A DNA stretch of 64,000 nt. Source: Alphaproteobacteria bacterium (lineage in GTDB: Bacteria > Pseudomonadota > Alphaproteobacteria > UBA828). Shown here piece after piece: positions 1 through 9,362 of the stretch. The notes beneath the pieces were generated by a model that saw only the letters and a list, made by a program, of their open reading frames with translations, did not search any database and had not been told where the DNA came from. Location: NCBI GenBank assembly GCA_965237415.1, contig CBDEFM010000001.1:288001-352000 (forward strand). The letters are read 5' to 3'. A program made the translations under genes and the position numbers. Each line of letters begins with the position of its first letter. Position 1 is the stretch's first letter.

Positions 1-1003
1 CGGCAGCTACCGGGGCGAGGGCGAGGGCAAGGTCGAGAGCGCGCTGACCGGGCTCTATCCCTATGGGCGCTATGCGGTGAGCGACCGCGTGACGGTCTGG
101 GGCGTGGCCGGCTACGGGTCGGGCACGCTCACGCTGACGCCGAAGAACCCGGTGGAGGGCGAGGACGACAGGCCGATCGAGACCGATATGAGCCTGACGA
201 TGGGCGCGGTGGGCGTGCGCGGGGTGATGATCGAGGCGCCGGCCGAAGGCGGCCCGGAACTCGCGGTCAAGTCGGACGCGATGATGGTGCGCACGAGCTC
301 GGAGGCGGCAAGCGGCAGCGGCGGCAATCTCGCGGCGGCGGAGGCCGACGTGACCCGTCTGCGGCTCGGTCTGGAGGGGAGCTGGCGCGGCATCGAGGCC
401 GGCGGCGGCGAACTGACGCCGCGTCTCGAGATCGGGCTTCGCCATGACGGCGGCGATGCCGAGACCGGCTTCGGCCTCGACCTCGGTGGCGGGCTTGCCT
501 GGTCGCATCCGGCGAGCGGGGTCTCGGCCGAGCTCAGCGGGCGCGGCTTGCTGACCCACGAGGCCGGCGGCTTCCGCGACCGTGGTATCTCGGGCTCGCT
601 CGGCTGGGATCCGCGGCCGGAGACCGGGCGCGGGGTGAGCCTCACGCTGACCCAGACGCTGGGTGCGTCGGCCTCGGGCGGCATGGACGCGCTCTTGTCG
701 CGCGGCACCCTGGCGGATCTGGCGGCCAACGACGACGGGGCGGACGATCTGCAGCGCCGCCGTCTGGAGCTCCGGCTCGGCTACGGCGTCTCCGCCTTCG
801 GGGACCGGTTCACGGCGACGCCGGAGATCGGGCTCGGCCTGTCGGACAGCGCGCGCGACTACAGCCTCGGCTGGCGGCTCGGTCTCGACCGGTCCGGACC
901 GAACGCGCTCGAACTCCGGCTCGAGGCGACGCGGCGCGAGAGCGCAAACGACAACGCGGACCCGGAGCACGGCATCGGGTTCAAGCTGACGGCGAGCTGG
1001 TGA
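1..1003 (+). CDS. Autotransporter beta-barrel C-terminus of a large adhesin (5'-partial; paralog of 10564-19533)
   Basis: Open frame runs from the window edge; amphipathic beta-strand pattern ending ...GIGFKLTASW; nearly identical to 18531-19533. Confidence 0.9.
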   Translation, partial: GSYRGEGEGKVESALTGLYPYGRYAVSDRVTVWGVAGYGSGTLTLTPKNPVEGEDDRPIETDMSLTMGAVGVRGVMIEAPAEGGPELAVKSDAMMVRTSSEAASGSGGNLAAAEADVTRLRLGLEGSWRGIEAGGGELTPRLEIGLRHDGGDAETGFGLDLGGGLAWSHPASGVSAELSGRGLLTHEAGGFRDRGISGSLGWDPRPETGRGVSLTLTQTLGASASGGMDALLSRGTLADLAANDDGADDLQRRRLELRLGYGVSAFGDRFTATPEIGLGLSDSARDYSLGWRLGLDRSGPNALELRLEATRRESANDNADPEHGIGFKLTASW

Positions 1004-1058
1004 GGGCGCGGCGATGCGTCCCCTCGCCCACCCGTTCCGCGGAGCCGGCGCCCGGACC

Positions 1059-1660
1059 TCAGGCCCGGGTGACCTTCCAGAGGACCTTGCCGACGATATG
1101 GATGTCCGCGGCAAGGCAGGTATAGGCCGGGTAGCCCGGGTTGACCGAGAGCAGGCGCAGGCTCGGCGGGCCCGGCTCGCGGACCGGCTCGACGCGCTTG
1201 ACGACGAGGCCGTCGCCGTCCCACAGCACGAACAGCTCGCCGGCGCCGGGCATGGTGCGCCCGGTGTCGACCACCAGGCGGTCGCCCTCGCGCAGCTCCG
1301 GCTCCATGGAGATGCCGCGCACCTTGATGATGCGCAAGGCCCCGGGCTCGGCGTCGCCCTCGTGGCGGATCATCGCCTCGGGGAGCCGCCAGCGGGCCTT
1401 CTCAAGCACGAAGTCGTCGTTCCAGGCGCCGGGTCCGGCGGCGGCCTCGATCTCCATCTCGGCGACGCCGGTGGTGCGGGGCCGGGTACCGCGGTCCTTC
1501 TTCTTCCAGGGCTTGGGGGCCGGGAGCTCGGCATGGCGCAGCCCGGCCGGATCGCAGTCGAGCAGCGTGCCGAGCGCCTCGCTGTCCTGGAAGGAGAGCA
1601 CGCGGGGCATGCCGCGGGCGAGATATTGCTGGAGATAGGCCTTGTTGCGGCCGATGGCGA
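1059..1660 (-). pseudogene. 5'-truncated CI/LexA-like S24 peptidase repressor
   Basis: Matches 19601-20278 but lacks the first ~25 codons (start and first HTH helix); VRGISMEP and LVVKRV motifs retained. Confidence 0.85.
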
Positions 1661-2095
1661 TGAGTCGTCCTGGCCGTCGCCGTCGTCCTGCTCGTCGGCC
1701 AGCCGGTCATAGGCTTGCTCGACGCTCATGCCCTCCCACGCCTCGGCGTCGGGCGGCAGGGTGAAACCGGCGTCGCGCAGCAGCGCATGGGTGACGAGCT
1801 GCGAGGCCCGCTGCCAGCGTTCGGGGTCGCGTTCGCCCCGGCGGGTGTGATGCTTGAGGGCGCAGGCCAGCACCACGCGGCCGATCGCGGTCTCGATGAA
1901 ATGCGCATCGGTGTCCACGATCCATTGGGGCGCATAGCGGATTTCGCGGCTGTCGCTGGCCACGGTCTCGCGGCTGGCATCGGCCCGGAGCGGCAGCCTG
2001 AGCGCCAGGCTGCCGAAGAAGGGCTGGTCGCGCAGCAATGCGGTCACGCAGCCGCTGATCCGCTGCGCCGATTCAGACTGCATGCGGGCGGCCAT
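1661..2095 (-). pseudogene. N-terminal fragment of a DUF2201/VWA-associated putative metallopeptidase
   Basis: ALLRDQPFFGSLALRL...ALKHHTRRGERDPERW...GMSVEQAYDRL pattern; ATG at 2095 overlaps the upstream stop (TGATG); truncated at the 1660 junction. Confidence 0.7.
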
Positions 2096-2289
2096 CACGC
2101 CGCCCTCCGCGCGGGCTCGGCAGGGGCCTGGGCGTCCGGCGCGAAATACCCCGCGAACTGCTCCATCAGCGCATCGGCGTCGCGCTTCACCTGCGCCCGG
2201 GCGGCCGGGTCGAAGTTGCGCGACGGACGCAGCGTGTCGGGATCGACGCCGGCGATCTTGTCCTTCACCTGCTCGCACAGCCGCGCCAG
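2095..2289 (-). pseudogene. C-terminal piece of a DUF3150-like gene interrupted by IS21
   Basis: Removing the IS and one CGCCAG copy restores the frame ...NIFGDDALA|RLCEQVKDKIAGVDPDTLR... Confidence 0.7.
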
Positions 2290-2625
2290 TGCGGATTCTC
2301 ACCAACGTAGCCGGCCGTTCTCAATCAACGTAGCCGGCGATTCTCACTCAAGGTAGCCACCCAATCTCACCATGGTAGCCACCCCGGAGCGAAGCGAGGG
2401 ATCACGTTATTGTCGGCAGTTCTCCCTTCGCGATTTCCTCTTCAGCGATACCACCGCCGAAGGCCCTGCGGCAAGACGGGGGAGCATGGGGTGCGCGCGA
2501 CGCGTGACCCCTCACGAGTCGGAGCGGCGCGCGCACCCCATGCCGTCGCACGATCCGTTCCACCACTCCGACGCTCCGGAGCGAAGCGACGATTCTGCCG
2601 CGCGAAGCGCGGCCCCCTGCCGCGG

Positions 2626-3387
2626 TCATGACTTGGTAGCAGCGTCGGCATCATCGGTGCGCATGGACGTGCCGTGCAGCTCGATCCGGGTGGCGCCGTG
2701 GACGAGACGGTCGAGGATTGCATCGGCGAGGGTGGGATCGTTGAGCTGCCGGTGCCAGTCGGCGACCGGGAGTTGGCTGGTGGCGACCACCGAGCGCCGG
2801 CCGAAGCGATCATCGAGTATCTCGAGGAGGTCGCGTGCCCGCGCGCCGTCGATCGGCGCCAGGCCCCAGTCGTCGAGGATGAGCACCTCGATGCGGGCAA
2901 GATCGCGGTAGAGCTTCAGTATGGTGCCCTCGCCATGGGCGATCCGCAGATCGGTGAGCAGCCGCGGCACGCGCAGGTACTGGGCTTGGTACCCTTCGAG
3001 GCAGGCCTTGTGGGCGAAGGCGCACGCGATCCAGGACTTGCCGGTGCCGCAGGGGCCGGTGATCAGGATATTGGCGCCGTTGCGGACCCACACGCAGTCG
3101 CCGAGGCCGAGCACGAGGCTGCGGTCGAGACCGCGGGGGCGGCTCAGGTTGATGTCCTCGAAGCAGGCGTCCTGGTGGCGGAGCTGGGCCTTCTTGAGCC
3201 GCCGCTGTAGGGCTCTGGATCGGCGCTCGGCGATCTCGCGGTCGATCAGCAACGCGAGGCGGTCCTCGAAGGTCATGTCATCGAGGTCGTGGCGCGCCAT
3301 CTGTTCTAGGAAGGCGGCCTGCATCCCGGGTAGGCGCAGCTTGGCTATGCGCGCGGCCAGGGGGTGGGATACGGCGTTATCGGTCAT
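2626..3387 (-). CDS. istB: IS21 helper AAA+ ATPase IstB
   Basis: Walker A GPCGTGKS, Walker B LILDDWG, ADAILDRLVH, GTSMR. Confidence 0.96.
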   Translation of the reverse strand: MTDNAVSHPLAARIAKLRLPGMQAAFLEQMARHDLDDMTFEDRLALLIDREIAERRSRALQRRLKKAQLRHQDACFEDINLSRPRGLDRSLVLGLGDCVWVRNGANILITGPCGTGKSWIACAFAHKACLEGYQAQYLRVPRLLTDLRIAHGEGTILKLYRDLARIEVLILDDWGLAPIDGARARDLLEILDDRFGRRSVVATSQLPVADWHRQLNDPTLADAILDRLVHGATRIELHGTSMRTDDADAATKS

Positions 3388-4913
3388 CTGTAATACTCCG
3401 GTCCTCTAATGTTCGGATGATCGAGGGGCAGGGCCTCGGGTTCCTGCTCGGCGGCGGTGCGATCGGCGCCGGTGCGCAGGATGTTGTCGAGGCCGCGATA
3501 GGTTCGGGTGCCGAGCTCCAGCGCGTAGCGGCAGGCGGCGTCGAAGCGCGCCGGCTCGTGGCCGTTGGCGAGCCGCAGAACGCCGTAGCACGAGCGGAAG
3601 CCGAACTCCGGATTGGGATTGCGCTCCATGACCGCCGTGACGAAGGCGTGGACATGGGGGCCGAGATCCCGGGCCTTGTCCTCCAGCCGGACGCGGGTGT
3701 CCTCGACGCCGGCGCGCTGATGTGCCTGCGGCTGGTGTTCCCTGAGCGTGGTGGCGCGGCCTCTGGCCTGGCTGCGGAGATGGCTGGCAATCTGCCGGCC
3801 TCGGTGGAAGACGTCGATGACCGATCCGCGCAGGCGGACATCGACCTCCTTGCCGACGTACTGGTAGGGCACCGAGTAGAAGTGGCGGTCGATGGCGATG
3901 TGGTAATCGCGGTGGACCGTGTTCTTGCGCCACTGCGTGCGCTGCCAGCGCCGGTCCGGCAGGGACCGCATGTGGGGGAGATCGACACTCTCGAAACGGC
4001 TGTAGCGGTTCCCGCCCGTGCCATCGGCATAGGGGCGCTCGTTGATCTTCCGGGCCCGGACGGCGATCGCCCGGTTCAGCGACGCCAGATCATGGAAGAC
4101 ATGGTTGCGCAGCGGCGCCAGGATCCTGCGCTCAACGTGAAGCACTCCTTGTTCGACGAGTCCCTTGTCGCGCGGGCGCCGGACCCGCGCCGGCAGGCCC
4201 TGGACGCCGTAATGTTCGAGCAGATCGGCGTAGGTCTCGTTCAGGACCGGCTCGTAGCGCGACGGCTGCGTCACCGCCGGCTTGATGTTGTCGGGCACCA
4301 CCAGCTGCGGCGCCCAGCCCATGTCCTCGAAGCAGCGCACGTGCGAAGCGCACCAGTCCTCGATCTTCTGGGTCAGCGTCGCCTCGGCGTAGAGCCGCCC
4401 CGACACGCCCATCGAGGCCACGAACACCTGCGCCTCGTGCTCGACCCCGTCGACCAGGAGCGCAATCGTCATGCCGGCGTAATCGACGAACAGCCGCTCT
4501 CCGGGACGGCGATTCTGGCGCATCGTCACGTCCCGGCGCGGTCGCCATTCCCGGAACCGGCGGCACCAGGTCGGATAGCTCATCCCGTCGGGATGCGTCT
4601 CGCGCCATTCCTCCCACAGCAGCATCAGAGTCATGCCGCGGCCGGACAGGTCTTTCTCGACCTTCGCCCAGTCCACCTCCGGCCAATCCGAAGCCCGGGA
4701 CCTGCGGTAGAGCGCCGCCTCCAGGACCTCCTCGTCCAGGTCGCGGGCCTCCGGCCAGCTCAGCCCCGAGGCGGCAAACCGCTCCAGGATCTGCGCCACC
4801 GAGCGCCGCGCAAGGCCGCAGTGGGTGGCGATGGCGCGGGCGCTGCGGCCCTCGTCGAAATGAAACGCAAGAATCCTCTTCACCTTTCTCATCGGTAACC
4901 TTCCCTGTGCCAT
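3384..4913 (-). CDS. istA: IS21 DDE transposase IstA
   Basis: N-terminal HTH, LFVDYAG, VVPDNIK, PRDKGLVE, FYSVPY, HPNIRGPEYY; start placed at MAQGRLPM. Confidence 0.96.
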   Translation of the reverse strand: MAQGRLPMRKVKRILAFHFDEGRSARAIATHCGLARRSVAQILERFAASGLSWPEARDLDEEVLEAALYRRSRASDWPEVDWAKVEKDLSGRGMTLMLLWEEWRETHPDGMSYPTWCRRFREWRPRRDVTMRQNRRPGERLFVDYAGMTIALLVDGVEHEAQVFVASMGVSGRLYAEATLTQKIEDWCASHVRCFEDMGWAPQLVVPDNIKPAVTQPSRYEPVLNETYADLLEHYGVQGLPARVRRPRDKGLVEQGVLHVERRILAPLRNHVFHDLASLNRAIAVRARKINERPYADGTGGNRYSRFESVDLPHMRSLPDRRWQRTQWRKNTVHRDYHIAIDRHFYSVPYQYVGKEVDVRLRGSVIDVFHRGRQIASHLRSQARGRATTLREHQPQAHQRAGVEDTRVRLEDKARDLGPHVHAFVTAVMERNPNPEFGFRSCYGVLRLANGHEPARFDAACRYALELGTRTYRGLDNILRTGADRTAAEQEPEALPLDHPNIRGPEYYR

Positions 4914-5065
4914 CCCGTATCCCTCGGACCAATCGCGAAAGTCCGAGGCGTACGACGGCACCCTGAGTCGCACCAAAACCCGCCGCCCCGCAGGGGTGGC
5001 TACCTTGGTGAGATTGGGTGGCTACCTTGAGTGAGAATCGGTGGCTACCTTCGTGAGATTCCGCA

Positions 5066-5338
5066 CGCCAGCGCGTCGTCGCCGAAGATGTTGAGACGCG
5101 GAACCACGTCGACCAGGCCGCGGATGTTGTCGATCATCGAATCGCGGAACACGAGCGGCTTGCCGTTGTCGTCTTCCTGCAACCGCTCCGAAACGCGCTC
5201 CACGGCTTCGCCCAGGCGCCGGTAGAGGTCGGCGACGGCATCGTGCAGCCGCTCCTCGATCTGGCGCTCGATGTCGCGCTTGACCCGGTCGGTGTCGTCG
5301 CAGGCCAGCTTGGCGATAAAGTGGTCGGCGTCGGGGAC
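5066..5338 (-). pseudogene. Internal fragment of the DUF3150-like gene (continues at 2095-2289)
   Basis: VPDADHF...LVFRDSMIDNI...VPRLNIFGDDAL; the 5' part is missing and replaced by an integrase fragment. Confidence 0.65.
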
Positions 5339-5536
5339 CTTCGTCATTCGTATGCGTCCCGGGCGCTGGCACTCGGCGAGAGCCTGACGGTCATCGGCCG
5401 GCTGCTCGGCCACAACAAGGTCGAGACCACCGCCAAGTATGCCCATCTGGTTCGCGACGCGGAAAAGGCCGCAGCCGCGCGCACCGGCGACAGCATCGGC
5501 GCCCAGCTCATGCCCGTCGGTGCCGAGGCGGCGTGA
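5336..5536 (+). pseudogene. C-terminal fragment of a tyrosine integrase
   Basis: DLRHSYASRAL...IGRLLGHNKVETTAKYAHL (box II with catalytic Tyr); no N-terminal part. Confidence 0.85.
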
Positions 5537-5547
5537 AGGGGGAAACG

Positions 5548-5646
5548 ATGGCCGTACAGCAGAAGATCCTCTCCAACCGCACCGTGGCGGCGCTCAGGGT
5601 CGAACGGGACACGGTGTTCTGGGACCGGGACCTGACTGGATTTGGA
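5548..5646 (+). pseudogene. N-terminal fragment of a second integrase (arm-binding domain)
   Basis: MAVQQKILSNRTVAALRVERDTVFWDRDLTGFG, then abrupt switch to AT-rich unrelated sequence. Confidence 0.7.
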
Positions 5647-5950
5647 AATTACGATCCGATTTTGGTCTCGTGAATCAGGATAAACTATTGAATTAAATAA
5701 CTATATTGCACTTTCCATCTTCCGCGCGCACCCATGTATCATCGGTTCCGTAAGCACAGCACAAGGGGATTCACTATAGTCCAGGCGCATCCCTACGCGC
5801 TCTAGGCGTAGCATCCGTGATCGACAATCCTGGCGCGTCACCGTTCCTCCAGGCCGTGATGGCCCGGCCGGGCGGAGGAAGTGAATGGCCGCTGTCGAGG
5901 CGGCGGCGAAACCGTGCCGAGCCGATCGCTGACGCGCAGGCAGTCGAACC

Positions 5951-6097
5951 GGCGCCGGTGAAGCGCGGGGTCTCGACAAAGGTCTCGATGAGCACGGGAG
6001 TAGTGCTGTAGCGCTGGGTCCAGTCCTGGGGCAGTTGGCATCGGACGAGGGACAAGATGTGCGAGCTCAGGTTGGGGGTGGTAATCCAGGGGAGGAT
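5951..6097 (-). pseudogene. Fragment of a DUF4338 (DruA-like, IS-associated) gene
   Basis: ILPWITTPNLSSHILSLVRCQLPQDWTQRYSTTPVLIETFVETPRFTGA is the typical conserved block; no start or end. Confidence 0.7.
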
Positions 6098-6143
6098 GGG
6101 GATGCAAGTGGGGGCTCCCTTCTCGGCCTTTTGAGAGAAGCCT

Positions 6144-6797
6144 CTAGTTTTCTGTCGGTCCACACCTTTCCAGAACCTTTTCCCTTCGGTGACGGGCCAC
6201 AAGTAGGGCCAGCAGGAGTGTTGATGTCATCTTCGAGACCTTGAAAAAGGCATCCGCTACGTTGTAATAGTTGGCCTCTTCGTGCTTTGGATCCTCACCA
6301 GACACGACGAAATAAGCCATTTGATCCTCGGCATTCGTCCCAACTAAAGTGGGCCAGAAGTGCCGGAACGACAGGTGCACGAAATCGGACGTTTCTTCGT
6401 AGAGCTGCGTGACCCATGGATATTTCTCGGACAACCGCTCGTGCAGGTATGCATCTGTCATTGACTTCCCATTCTTTGATTTCAGTTTCCTGAACGTAGT
6501 CTCACCGTCGAAGATACGCTTAACGTCGATTTCAGGATCGGCCAATAGCGGGATTCCGTTGACCCTCATGGCCGTGTCGATCTGCGTGCGTACCAGGATA
6601 GTGGCGCAGGAGAAATTCCATCCTTCAACGAGTTTGCGAAAACCCAGGGACTGCGAGACCGTTCGCTTCATCGCTCCGAGCAGGAAATTGTCTATAGAGG
6701 AAATGGGTGCGCCTGACGGAAGAATCGACTGGCCCTTGCGTAGCAACTCGCTCTCAAGGCTCTCAATAGCGTTGAGGCGTTCAGCAAGACTCTTCAT
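6144..6797 (-). CDS. Hypothetical all-helical protein, DUF5677/HEPN-like
   Basis: Lower-GC intact ORF; LVRTQID and LYEETSDFVH motifs. Confidence 0.6.
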   Translation of the reverse strand: MKSLAERLNAIESLESELLRKGQSILPSGAPISSIDNFLLGAMKRTVSQSLGFRKLVEGWNFSCATILVRTQIDTAMRVNGIPLLADPEIDVKRIFDGETTFRKLKSKNGKSMTDAYLHERLSEKYPWVTQLYEETSDFVHLSFRHFWPTLVGTNAEDQMAYFVVSGEDPKHEEANYYNVADAFFKVSKMTSTLLLALLVARHRREKVLERCGPTEN

Positions 6798-6890
6798 TTG
6801 TCGCCTCCATCCCAATCGCTATCCCGTTCGTCGCAGCAACGCACCTCCCGTCTCCCTGCAATGGAACCGGCGCGGTCGGCGGTCGCGCCT

Positions 6891-7166
6891 TCACCGGTTG
6901 ACGGCATCGCGGAGCGCCTTGCCGGCCTTGAACGACGGTGCCTTCGAGGCGGCGACGGCGATGCTTTCGCCGGTCGCGGGATTGCGGGCCTGTCTTGCCG
7001 CCCTGGCCCTGGTCGAGAAGCGCCCGAACCCCGCGATGGCGACGGTGTCGTCATGCGCCAGAGCGTCGGTGATGGCGGAGAATACGGCAGCGACGGCACG
7101 ATTGGCGGTTGCGTTGTCCAGAGACGCCTCGGCGGCCACGCGGGCGGTCAATTCGGACTTGTTCAT
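6891..7166 (-). CDS. hup: HU-family DNA-binding protein
   Basis: MNKSEL...GFGRF...ARNPATGE...PSFKAGKALRDAVN. Confidence 0.95.
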   Translation of the reverse strand: MNKSELTARVAAEASLDNATANRAVAAVFSAITDALAHDDTVAIAGFGRFSTRARAARQARNPATGESIAVAASKAPSFKAGKALRDAVNR

Positions 7167-7989
7167 GGTGTATCCCCCGGGGTGCGATCGGACAGCCGCG
7201 GTCGGTGCGGCCTCCGGCAAGGGTGCCGATTCGCCGGGCGGCGATCAACGGGTGGTGTGACAACCCGGACCAACGGGTACGTCCCCGACCCGGCATGGCG
7301 TTGCGGGACGGGCTGAGTCGGGTTGGGGATGTCGAACCCGACATCGGGTACCGGGCAAGCGACCGGAGCCACGCGAGCCAACCGCGGTTGCCTCTGTGGA
7401 CATGGCGATGTCTTCCGATATGAGCGTGGGCAGACGGCGGTGGCGGATTTGCCCGTCGCGGAGGACAGGCCGGCCGCGCGGATGCCCCGCGCCTCCGGAT
7501 GCCCTCCCAGCATGAATTTCTACGCAAACGGCATTTTCGTTCCGGTCGGCACGCCGCCAATGAAAGCGGTGGTGCATGCGGTGCATGCGGATTGTCGAAC
7601 GCGTCCCGATCCCGGTCGAGCGCGTCGGCATGCGGCAGGACCGGAGGGTTCCGAGAGCATCCGTGTCGTCGCGAGCGGCAGCCGACCGGCATCGATCGCC
7701 GCGAACATCGGGCGCGTGAGATCCGGGCCGGTACCGCCTGGATGCGGGCGGTGTCGCATCGGAATCAGAAACGCCCGGAGAACGACGTGCCCCGGCGAGT
7801 ACCCCACGTTCGGTCGGGGTTTGAATGACGCGACGGCCGCCCCATACCAATCGATGGAGAACATGCGGCCGGGCGCTCATGGCGGGAACCGTATGTTCGA
7901 GAAGAGAAAGGATGTCATTTGTGGAGTCGCCGCCGCCGGCGGCGATTTCACCCGTTCACCCTCGTTGCCGATGGCGCTCGGCGCTGATG

Positions 7990-8150
7990 GACACCGTGTC
8001 CGGGCGCAGCGCCCGGGCCGGCGCAGCGCCGGGAGCGAATTGGTGGCGAGCCTGCACAGGGGACGCTGGAAGACCACCGCGAAGGTGAATCGCTACGCCA
8101 AGCGGTTGCTCACCCGTCGCAGGCACGCGAGTGACCTCGCGCGGGCGCGG
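7990..8150 (+). pseudogene. Decayed C-terminal fragment of a Cre-like recombinase paralog
   Basis: VSGRSARAGAA in one frame, then LHRGRWKTTAKVNRYAKRLL in another, versus ISGHSTRVGAA...LHAGRWKTTAMVNRYGERLL in 9363-10334. Confidence 0.75.
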
Positions 8151-9034
8151 GTCCGACTGACCGGGTTCACCGGTGCACCGGCAACCGGTATCGTGCCGAC
8201 GCCACCGCCGCGCGCGATTGCACGGGGAATCGGTATGCGATTTCGACGTCGCGCGGTCCGTGCAGCCCTTCATCGCAATCGCGCAAGGCGCCTCGCCCCG
8301 CGTGACGCACGACAGGGCGTTACCGGGCACCCACGGTCATTCGCACTGTGTCTGTCGACAGCCCCGCACAGTACAGCGCGCTCTCCGGCGAAGTGTGTCT
8401 GGAACTTCGGTGCGCGCCGGCTATCGTCGGCGTCAGTCACCGACGCACAGGCAACGAGATGGCTTGCATCGGCAAGGCGACGGACCGCCACCGGAGCGGA
8501 GTGCGCACACCGACCCCACTGGGCGCCCTCGCGGGTCGCGCCGCAACGACGATGTTGCATCCGCGCATTCGAAGGTGCGTCGACGGCCATCGCGCCCGGG
8601 GCGGGGGTAGCCGGTTGCAGGCGAAACACCCGAAGGCGTCCCCGTGCGGCAGGCCCAATGCCGGTCGAGCATCGAGGTTGCCGCAAACGGCATTTTCATT
8701 CCCGCCGCCGAGTCGATAGTCAGGTCGGTGCACGACACGGCAGCCGCGGCCGGAGGCGCGGACGGTGAAGCGGAGAGGATCGGAAAGCTCGGGAGCGGAG
8801 ACGGCGAACCGCCGCAACGGCGCCGGGGAATGCCGGGCGCGGCGGGCCGTCCATCGCGGCGCGACAGGCGCGATCTTGGCCACGGGCAGGCCATCGGACG
8901 GGCTGCTCTCGCACGTGTCGGGACGCGCATGCACCGAAGGCGCTCGAAGCGCCCGGTCGCGTCCGAAAAATTGTTTGAAAGCAACCGGTTGCGGCGGATT
9001 CCAAGCAGCTCTGGCCTGGAGTCCACGACACCGT

Positions 9035-9068
9035 TTGGCTCGCGATAACTGTTGTTATCGCGAGCCAA
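9035..9068. other. lox-like recombination site A (13-8-13)
   Basis: TTGGCTCGCGATA-ACTGTTGT-TATCGCGAGCCAA; perfect arms and an asymmetric spacer. Confidence 0.88.
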
Positions 9069-9254
9069 CTTGTCAATTCCTGCGTTTCCGACCGGCGACC
9101 CGGAGGCTGCCCAGTCTCGACCCGAACATCGTAAGCCGTGCCGGAACTCGATACAACCGGTTGGTTCAAGGGCGGTTTCTTCCTCCCGGGACGCGCCGAC
9201 TGTGATGCGCGCGCCTCCCTCGCCCGGAAGCCGACCCTGAGCCCGGCGACGATT

Positions 9255-9267
9255 TTGGCTCGCGATA
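9255..9267 (+). promoter_or_regulatory. Isolated lox-like half-site
   Basis: TTGGCTCGCGATA followed by ACA; no second arm. Confidence 0.65.
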
Positions 9268-9362
9268 ACATTTTCTGGAAATCCGCCCCTTGGCACGATT
9301 CCTGTCGGGCGCACGGCGCCGGACGCCGCCGTGGGTACGCCGCATGATACGCCACCGCGCCC

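Larger units (their letters stand above)
1..1660 (+). repeat. Direct repeat copy 1 (adhesin 3' end plus S24 repressor 3' part); copy 2 at 18531-20202
   Basis: Colinear near-identity at offset 18530, then 18542 after a 12-bp indel near 1053; identity ends abruptly after CCGATGGCGA (1660/20202). Confidence 0.95.
2290..5065 (-). mobile_element. IS21-family insertion sequence
   Basis: TG...CA ends; imperfect IR TGCGGAwTCTCACsAAsGTAGCC; several tandem subterminal GTAGCC repeats at both ends; 6-bp target duplication CGCCAG (2284-2289, 5066-5071); istA-istB pair. Confidence 0.96.

Noticed and set aside
2290-2385. Short regularly spaced repeats resembling a mini-CRISPR (also 4995-5065)
   Set aside because: No unique spacers; they are IS21 subterminal transposase-binding repeats
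5765-5780. GATTCACTATAG, resembling a T7 promoter end or an IS terminus
   Set aside because: Partial match only; no partner IR or transposase found
7323-8768. 481-aa ORF and overlapping ORFs
   Set aside because: Arg/Ala/Pro-rich GC-driven open frames; only the short recombinase remnant is meaningful
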